Positions 57,034 through 64,000 of a stretch of DNA of 64,000 nt are shown here, in pieces. The notes below the pieces were generated by a model. The model had not been told where the DNA came from, searched no databases, and saw nothing but the letters and a program-made list of their open reading frames with translations. This stretch comes from Nitrospinales bacterium (GTDB taxonomy: Bacteria; Nitrospinota; Nitrospinia; Nitrospinales; VA-1), in NCBI GenBank assembly GCA_965223795.1, contig CBDCXL010000002.1:1920001-1984000 (forward strand), given 5' to 3'. Position 1 is the stretch's first letter. Each line of letters opens with the position of its first letter. The translations under genes were made by a program, and so were the position numbers.

Positions 57034-57990
57034 TCAAGACCTTCCCCGCCCATCGGTGCGGTTTGCAGACGGTTTCACCTGAGCCAGGATGATCCCTTCG
57101 CGCAGGCCGTATTCGCTCACGGTGAGCCGCTCGCAGCCGAACGCCCGCATGGTTTCGAGCACCAGCAGCCCGCCCGCAATGATGAGGTCCTCGCGTCCCC
57201 GCTCCAGCGGCTTGAGTTCCAGCCTTTCGGCGAGGGAACGGCTTTTCAGGCCGTTCTGGATTGCCCGGATTCGGTCCCGCGAAAGGACATGGCCGTGGAT
57301 CTTTTGTGGATCATACGGAAACAGATCCAGATCCAGCGCCGCCAGCGTCGTCACGGTGCCGGCGGTGCCGACCAGAAGCTCGGGCTGGAAGGCGTTCAAC
57401 CCGTTTTTGACTTCGTGAAGCCCGGCGCGGATATGGTCCCGCATGGCATTGTATTCCGATTCCTCGACCGGGTGGCAAGTGAGAAACCGTTCGGTCATCC
57501 GGACAGTTCCGAGCAGCGTGCCCTGGGCCTGCTGCATTTTGTTGCCCTCGGACAGAATGAATTCCGTGCTGCCGCCGCCGATGTCGAAGCTCAGGGCCGG
57601 CCGGTTTTGATGCTCGATGTTCCAGAAAACCCCCTCGAGGGTGAGGCGGGCTTCCTCCTCCCAGGGGATCACCTCGATGGCGATGCCGGTGTGCTGCTGC
57701 ACTTTTTCCACGAATTCCGCGCCGTTGGACGCTTCCCGGATCGCGCTGGTGGCCACCGCCCGGAGGGTCAGCGGCTGGTAGAGGCTCAGAATCTGCTGAA
57801 ATTCCGACAGCACCTGCACGGTCAGGTCCATCCTTTCGGGAAGCAGGCGCTTCCCGGTGTCCATGCCTTCGCCCAGCCGCGTGATCCGGCGTGCGGACTC
57901 CAGCTCTTTCAGGCTGCCGCTGTCGCCGCCTTCCAGAATCAGGAGCCGCACGGTGTTGGTGCCGATGTCGATGGAGGCGAAGCGTTTCAT
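57034..57990 (-). CDS. ppx: Ppx/GppA family exopolyphosphatase
   Basis: IDIGTNTVRL, ATSAIREASNG, DIGGGSTE, GTAGT, GLREG. ATG 57990 overlaps the stop of the upstream gene. Confidence 0.88.
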   Translation of the reverse strand: MKRFASIDIGTNTVRLLILEGGDSGSLKELESARRITRLGEGMDTGKRLLPERMDLTVQVLSEFQQILSLYQPLTLRAVATSAIREASNGAEFVEKVQQHTGIAIEVIPWEEEARLTLEGVFWNIEHQNRPALSFDIGGGSTEFILSEGNKMQQAQGTLLGTVRMTERFLTCHPVEESEYNAMRDHIRAGLHEVKNGLNAFQPELLVGTAGTVTTLAALDLDLFPYDPQKIHGHVLSRDRIRAIQNGLKSRSLAERLELKPLERGREDLIIAGGLLVLETMRAFGCERLTVSEYGLREGIILAQVKPSANRTDGRGRS

Positions 57991-59090
57991 TCCATGAAGG
58001 GCAGCAGTTTTTCGTTGTCGATGGTGAGGATGAGGTAAAAGCCGATGGCGGTGAACAGCGCGATGGGACCCCAGGCGGCCATGAGGGGGCCGAAGGTGCC
58101 GCCGCGTCCGAGAGACACCGCCATGGCGTACACGAACGAGAACGCCAGCCCCATGGCGAGGTTGACGGCGACGGAAAACAGCACGCCGCCGTGGCGGCTG
58201 GACCTGAGCGAAAGCGGGATGCCGATGAGCGCCAGGACGATGCCGATGAACGGGTAGGAGAGCTTGTAATTGAGGTCCACCCATTTTTCCGACACGTCCA
58301 TGCCGTCGGCTTCGCGTGATTTGATCTCATCATACATGCTGCGGATGCTCATCTCCTCGGGGCGGATCTTGTAGGTCTTGAAGTCTTCCGGGGTCTCGGG
58401 AACCTTGAGATAGGTCTTTTCGAAATATTCGGTTTTTTCCAGCCCGGAAGCGTCGAAGCTGCGGATGGTGCCGTCCTGGAATTCCCAGCGGCCCTGGGTC
58501 CACACCGCCTGTTCGCAATCGACGCGCTTGTTGATCGACTGGTCTCCACTCGGAAAAAAAATGCGGATGCCGTGCAGCACGCCGTTTTTGTGGTCGAAGG
58601 TTTCGATGTTCCAGATGGCGCCGGTCTCGGATTTGTACCAGATTTTTTTCTTCTCGATCATGCCGTAGCTGTACCGCTTGTGCACCTTGACGTAATAAAT
58701 GTAGTTCATCTTCTTGCTGGTGACCGGCGCGATGTATTCGTTGCACAGAAGGATCAGGCAGGCGATGAGCACCGACATGCCGACGATGGGCATGGCGATG
58801 CCGGTCACGCTGATGCCGCAGGCTTTCATGGCGGTGATCTCCTGAGTCTTGGCCAACGAGGCGATGGCGATGACGGTGGCGATCAGCACCGCCTGCGGAG
58901 CCATGTAGAAGATCACGAAAGGGATCTTGAGTATGTAGTACCAGATGGTTTCGAGAAACGGCGTGTTTTTGCTGATGAACTCGTCGGCGCGTTCGAAAAA
59001 ATCGCCCATCAGAAAAATGCCCACCAGTCCGCCCGCGGCAAACAGGTAAAAATTCAGGAAGCGCATGAGGACGTATTTTTTAAGCAGCAT
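57987..59090 (-). CDS. lptG: LPS export ABC transporter permease, LptF/LptG family (LptG-like)
   Basis: 6 TM with a periplasmic domain, EITAMKACGIS, KLSYPF, AAWGPIALF. Confidence 0.8.
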   Translation of the reverse strand: MLLKKYVLMRFLNFYLFAAGGLVGIFLMGDFFERADEFISKNTPFLETIWYYILKIPFVIFYMAPQAVLIATVIAIASLAKTQEITAMKACGISVTGIAMPIVGMSVLIACLILLCNEYIAPVTSKKMNYIYYVKVHKRYSYGMIEKKKIWYKSETGAIWNIETFDHKNGVLHGIRIFFPSGDQSINKRVDCEQAVWTQGRWEFQDGTIRSFDASGLEKTEYFEKTYLKVPETPEDFKTYKIRPEEMSIRSMYDEIKSREADGMDVSEKWVDLNYKLSYPFIGIVLALIGIPLSLRSSRHGGVLFSVAVNLAMGLAFSFVYAMAVSLGRGGTFGPLMAAWGPIALFTAIGFYLILTIDNEKLLPFME

Positions 59091-59102
59091 CGCGGAGCCG
59101 GT

Positions 59103-60197
59103 TCAGCGTCGGTTTTCCAGAGTGTGCGCGTCCTGCCACAGCACATGCTGCCGGAGCGCGCGGTGCAGCGCGTCGAGATCCTTGCGTTTGGACAGGGTCT
59201 CCTGCACGTACGCCAGGGTTCGCGGAATGTATTGCAGGTAGCGGTCGTTTCCGCGCACCACGCTCTGATAGGCGAAGGTGCCCACGGCCTTTAAGTTTCT
59301 CTGGATGGACATGAGGTCGAACATGTTTAAAAACGCATCCCGGTCGACGGACCGGTTTTCGAGTTTTTCTTTCGAGCGGATGTAAAGCTCGATCATCTCC
59401 CGGCGCAATTCCGGTTTGAGGGAAACGTAGGAATCCTTGAGCAGGGATGCGAGGTCGTATTGACAGGGGCCCATGCGGGCGTCCTGAAAATCGATCATCA
59501 CGAGGTTTCCGTCGTGCACCATGAGGTTGCGGCAATGGTAGTCGCGGTGCGTGAAGCACAACGGCTCGGCGGCCAGCGTTTCGCACAGGGGCAGCAGGGA
59601 TTCGCGCAACGCAGCGCGGCCTTCCTGGGAAAGCGACACGCCCCGCAGCCCGGACACAAAGTGCTCGATCATGAAGTCCAGCTCCCACATCAGTTTTTCC
59701 ACGTCGAAGCGCAAACCGAACGCCGGGCAGTCCGGCACGGCAGACTGCGTCGCGCGGTGGTGCAGATCCGCAAGCAGCGTCACCGCCTGCCGGTAATACG
59801 TTTCGGTTTTTTCCGGATGCCGCTTGAGCTCATCCTCCAGTGTGCGCGGGCCGAGGTCTTCGAGAAACACCAGGCCGCGTCCGGAGTCGTAATGGTAAAG
59901 ACGGGGAACGGGCAGTTTGAGGCCGCGCAAAAATTTCAGGACCGAAGTGAAATCGATGTCTCCGCCTGCAACCGGTTCGCTGAGCTGCATGAGTATCGCC
60001 GAATCCGGCGCGTCCTTTTCGGCGGGCACGCGGAAGCTGAGACGAAAATATTTCCGGTCCGAAGCGTCCCCCTGAAGCGGCAGAAAGGCCACGTCCTGCA
60101 CCGGCGGGCGGAACACGGTATTCAGAATTTCGGAAAGTGCTGCCGCGTCGAATCGGATTTGCGATAGCGGAGAATTCTTCTTTTGGGGCTGGGTCAT
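59103..60197 (-). CDS. Aminoglycoside-phosphotransferase-family kinase, AmgK-like anomeric MurNAc/GlcNAc kinase
   Basis: GDASDRKYFR, LEDLG, HRDYHCRNLM, IDFQDARMGP, YDLASLL, QRNLKAVGTF. Confidence 0.82.
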   Translation of the reverse strand: MTQPQKKNSPLSQIRFDAAALSEILNTVFRPPVQDVAFLPLQGDASDRKYFRLSFRVPAEKDAPDSAILMQLSEPVAGGDIDFTSVLKFLRGLKLPVPRLYHYDSGRGLVFLEDLGPRTLEDELKRHPEKTETYYRQAVTLLADLHHRATQSAVPDCPAFGLRFDVEKLMWELDFMIEHFVSGLRGVSLSQEGRAALRESLLPLCETLAAEPLCFTHRDYHCRNLMVHDGNLVMIDFQDARMGPCQYDLASLLKDSYVSLKPELRREMIELYIRSKEKLENRSVDRDAFLNMFDLMSIQRNLKAVGTFAYQSVVRGNDRYLQYIPRTLAYVQETLSKRKDLDALHRALRQHVLWQDAHTLENRR

Positions 60198-60295
60198 GGC
60201 GGGCTCGGTGCGGGAAAAAATAAATCCATTTCCCTATTCTGCCATCTTACAGTAAACTTTTCCCTCTTTTTAAATATTCCCTTTGGAGGAGAAAC

Positions 60296-60622
60296 ATGCC
60301 GAAACCAAGTTACCATATCCTGGTTTGCACCAACAAGAGGCCGCCGGGGCATCCGCGCGGATCGTGCGGAGAGAACGGCGCCGACGGTGTCCTTGAAAAA
60401 TTCGCTTCCCAGATCGAGGAAAAAATGCTGTTCGGAAAAGTCATCATTTCCTCCTCTTCCTGTTTGGGGCCCTGCTCCATCGGACCCGTTGTGGTGGTGT
60501 ACCCGGATGGCGTCTGGTACAACCGGGTCAAACCGGATGACGTGGGAGAAATCCTCGACAGTCATATCGGCAAGGGAGAAAAAGTGGCGCGGCTGGAGAT
60601 CCCGGACGAACTCTGGGGGTGA
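60296..60622 (+). CDS. Thioredoxin-like [2Fe-2S] ferredoxin
   Basis: HILVCTNKRPPGHPRGSC...CLGPCSIGPVVVVYPDGVWY. GGAGG RBS. Confidence 0.9.
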   Translation: MPKPSYHILVCTNKRPPGHPRGSCGENGADGVLEKFASQIEEKMLFGKVIISSSSCLGPCSIGPVVVVYPDGVWYNRVKPDDVGEILDSHIGKGEKVARLEIPDELWG

Positions 60623-60638
60623 GCGATTCCCGATTTCC

Positions 60639-60672
60639 AAGGCGCTTCCAGTCGGGAAGCGCCTTTTTTTTT
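60639..60672 (+). terminator. Rho-independent terminator
   Basis: AAGGCGCTTCC-AGTCG-GGAAGCGCCTT followed by a T-run. Confidence 0.75.
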
Positions 60673-60682
60673 GCCCGTTCGT

Positions 60683-61279
60683 TCAGGCCGATCCGTCGTC
60701 CGCCAGTCTCAGGATTTCATCCCAAAGCTCCTTCCTCCCGGTCTTGCTGCGGCTGGAAAAGAGGATGGGCCCGCCTTCATCATCTCCAAAAAACGCTTCC
60801 CGAATCGCTTCTTTCTGTTTTTTCCGCTCATTGGGCCGCACCTTGTCGGATTTCGTGGCTACCAGAATGTAGCGGATGCCCAGTGCGTCGAGCCATTCTT
60901 TCAGATTCAGATCGAGATCGGTGGGCGATCGCCTGAGGTCCACCAGGAACACCAGCGCTCTTAGGCTTTTCCGTTCGGTCAGGTACTGTTCGATCATCTT
61001 TTTCCAGCGGCGCTGCACCGCGGGCGGGACTTTGGCGAAGCCGTAGCCGGGCAGATCGGTGAAGATGAGACGTTCGTTGACGCAGAAAAAATTGATCTCC
61101 TGAGTTTTGCCGGGCGTGGCGCTGGTGCGCACCAGTTTCTTGCGGTTGAGCAGTGTGCGGATCAGCGACGATTTGCCGACGTTGGAGCGGCCGGCGAACG
61201 CAAACTCCGGCAGGGCCGCCGGGGGATACTGTTTGGCGCTGACCGCTCCGCGTATGAACTCGGCCGAGATGATTTTCAT
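60683..61279 (-). CDS. engB: Ribosome biogenesis GTP-binding protein EngB/YihA/YsxC
   Basis: GRSNVGKSSL, TSATPGKTQ, DLPGYGFAK, TKSDK. Confidence 0.93.
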   Translation of the reverse strand: MKIISAEFIRGAVSAKQYPPAALPEFAFAGRSNVGKSSLIRTLLNRKKLVRTSATPGKTQEINFFCVNERLIFTDLPGYGFAKVPPAVQRRWKKMIEQYLTERKSLRALVFLVDLRRSPTDLDLNLKEWLDALGIRYILVATKSDKVRPNERKKQKEAIREAFFGDDEGGPILFSSRSKTGRKELWDEILRLADDGSA

Positions 61280-61318
61280 CGTGCGATGTTTCGCTTGTGA
61301 GATCGACTCGATCCGGGC

Positions 61319-62617
<1,299 letters not shown>

Positions 62618-62781
62618 AGCGTGTCTTTGCGAGCAAAAGGGTTTAGCAAACGGGCCCGCGGCGGGCGGACGGAATCAGGGGAGCGCAAACCGGAATACGC
62701 CGACCGTCGTGGTCACGCATCCTCAACGCGGGGCGGGGAGGCGTCCGGCTGGCTCGGTGGGGAGATTATAGCAGACTTTCG

Positions 62782-63252
62782 TCACAATGCTTCACAGGCG
62801 CACAATTCGCGGATGTAGCGGACCAGCGACCGGATCGTGCCGTCATCTAAGGTGTGGCCCCAGGCGGGCATGCAGGGCGCGCGGCCCACGGCGAGGCCGC
62901 CTTTCCGGATGGCGTCGTAAAGCTGCTGGTCGGTGCGGGTTTCCAGGTAGTCTTTTTTGGTGTGGTCGCGCGGCGGCACGGTGAGCAGGAGCGCGTTGAC
63001 GCCGTCGCCCTTTCCTTCAACGCCGTGGCATTGCGCGCAATACCAGCGGTACACCGCGCGCGTTTCGTCGGTGACGGCAGGAAGGGCCGCGGCCTTGGAG
63101 GCTTTAAGCGACTCCGCCGCCGGTTGCCTGAGCGGCGGTTTTTCGGCGGCATCCGGGCTCGTTTTGGGGGCTTCCTTGCAGGCTGTGAGGGACAGCAGGG
63201 CCCCAAGCAGCAGGCTGAAAAACGGCACCGGGATGGAGTCAGAAATTCGCAT
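62782..63252 (-). CDS. Monoheme cytochrome c lipoprotein
   Basis: Lipobox LTAC, CAQCHG, MPAWG (Met axial ligand). Confidence 0.85.
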   Translation of the reverse strand: MRISDSIPVPFFSLLLGALLSLTACKEAPKTSPDAAEKPPLRQPAAESLKASKAAALPAVTDETRAVYRWYCAQCHGVEGKGDGVNALLLTVPPRDHTKKDYLETRTDQQLYDAIRKGGLAVGRAPCMPAWGHTLDDGTIRSLVRYIRELCACEAL

Positions 63253-63255
63253 CGG

Positions 63256-63921
63256 TCATTCGTCCGCGAGCTTGAGCGAAGCGATATAGCGGGTCAGCGT
63301 GCGCGCCGTCGCGTCGTCCAGCTTGTATCGGGGCATGCGGCTTTTTTTGAGATACACATCCGGTGTTTGAAGCCATTTATATACCCATTCGGGCTTGAGA
63401 CGGTTGCCCGCATTGGCCAGCGAAGGACCGGACACGCCTCCGCGCGGCTTTCCGGCCAGGTTGATGCCCTCGTGGCAGGCGATGCAGCCGTGATTTCTTT
63501 CAAACAGGATCTTGGCCTTCACTCTTTGTCCCTTGCTCAAGGGCTCGCTTGTGATTTCGGGCGCGGGCTCTTTAGAAATTGTGAGAGACAGCAGAAACCG
63601 GCTCATCGCCTCGGCCTCTTCGGCGGACAGCGCCGGATGCGGTTTTGTAGTGGGCGCGCCTTTGAGGAATCCGGGATCGCCGCTGAAGCCGGCTTTGCGG
63701 ATGGGTACGGGCTTTGTCAGAAACCGCTCAAGCCAGTCCGGATGGAACTTTTCGCCGGCGTAAAAAAGATCCGGAGCCTTGCGGTTTTCGATCGGTTCCT
63801 GCGCGTCGATCCTGTGGCACTGGGTGCAGCCTTTTTGTTCGGCGATGTTCGTCCCGGCGTGGGCGGAAATAGACTGCAGCAGGAGCAAACCCAAGACATT
63901 ACTGATCAACCGCATGCGCAC
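63256..63921 (-). CDS. Diheme cytochrome c
   Basis: Signal peptide, CTQCH and CIACH, APDL/GPSL motifs, SRMP. Confidence 0.85.
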   Translation of the reverse strand: MRMRLISNVLGLLLLQSISAHAGTNIAEQKGCTQCHRIDAQEPIENRKAPDLFYAGEKFHPDWLERFLTKPVPIRKAGFSGDPGFLKGAPTTKPHPALSAEEAEAMSRFLLSLTISKEPAPEITSEPLSKGQRVKAKILFERNHGCIACHEGINLAGKPRGGVSGPSLANAGNRLKPEWVYKWLQTPDVYLKKSRMPRYKLDDATARTLTRYIASLKLADE

Positions 63922-63924
63922 CCC

Positions 63925-63999
63925 TCATTCCACCGTTGGATCGGGGATGGGCTCGAGGGGTTGGGATGCGGGCGGGCCCTCCTCAAACATGTCCTGGAA
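63925..63999 (-). CDS. C-terminal fragment of an upstream gene, truncated by the window end
   Basis: Open frame ...FQDMFEEGPPASQPLEPIPDPTVE* ending 3 nt before the start of the diheme gene. Confidence 0.5.
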   Translation of the reverse strand, partial: FQDMFEEGPPASQPLEPIPDPTVE

Positions 64000-64000
64000 A

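Overview
Bacterial chromosomal window, mostly GC-rich with two visibly AT-richer blocks. Gene content and style suggest a Gram-negative chemolithoautotroph, tentatively Nitrospina/Nitrospinota-like; this is an inference, since there is no rRNA in the window. It holds about 60 CDSs and four tRNAs (Arg-UCU, Pro-UGG, Arg-UCG, His-GUG). Housekeeping genes include trmL, ilvB, ppx-like, lptG-like, amgK-like, engB, sspB-like and hsp20. Notable loci are: (1) a five-gene putative sphingolipid/ceramide operon (SPT-like AOS enzyme, bCerS-like GNAT, CerR-like reductase, CDP-alcohol phosphotransferase, MMPL transporter; 4.1-11.0 kb); (2) a stand-alone tryptophanase; (3) an MtrA/MtoA-type decaheme cytochrome with an MtrB/PioB porin (26.5-29.6 kb); (4) a secreted caspase-like/FGE-domain gene split by an 8-bp deletion inside a 60-bp tandem repeat; (5) an array of four small secreted, cationic, two-cysteine peptides divergent from an UndA-like di-iron enzyme, with back-to-back sigma54-like promoters and an 11-bp-periodic palindromic site between them (33.7-36.6 kb), the best candidate for an undescribed system; (6) an AT-rich block at the 3' end of tRNA-Arg(UCU) carrying a DAB-type inorganic carbon pump with an extra degenerate NuoM-like subunit and a PII-like protein; (7) a type II SQR, a FIST plus hybrid kinase pair, and a His-repeat Spy/CpxP-like protein. 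No CRISPR array, integrase, transposase or reverse transcriptase was seen. All family calls come from motif recognition by eye, not database searches.
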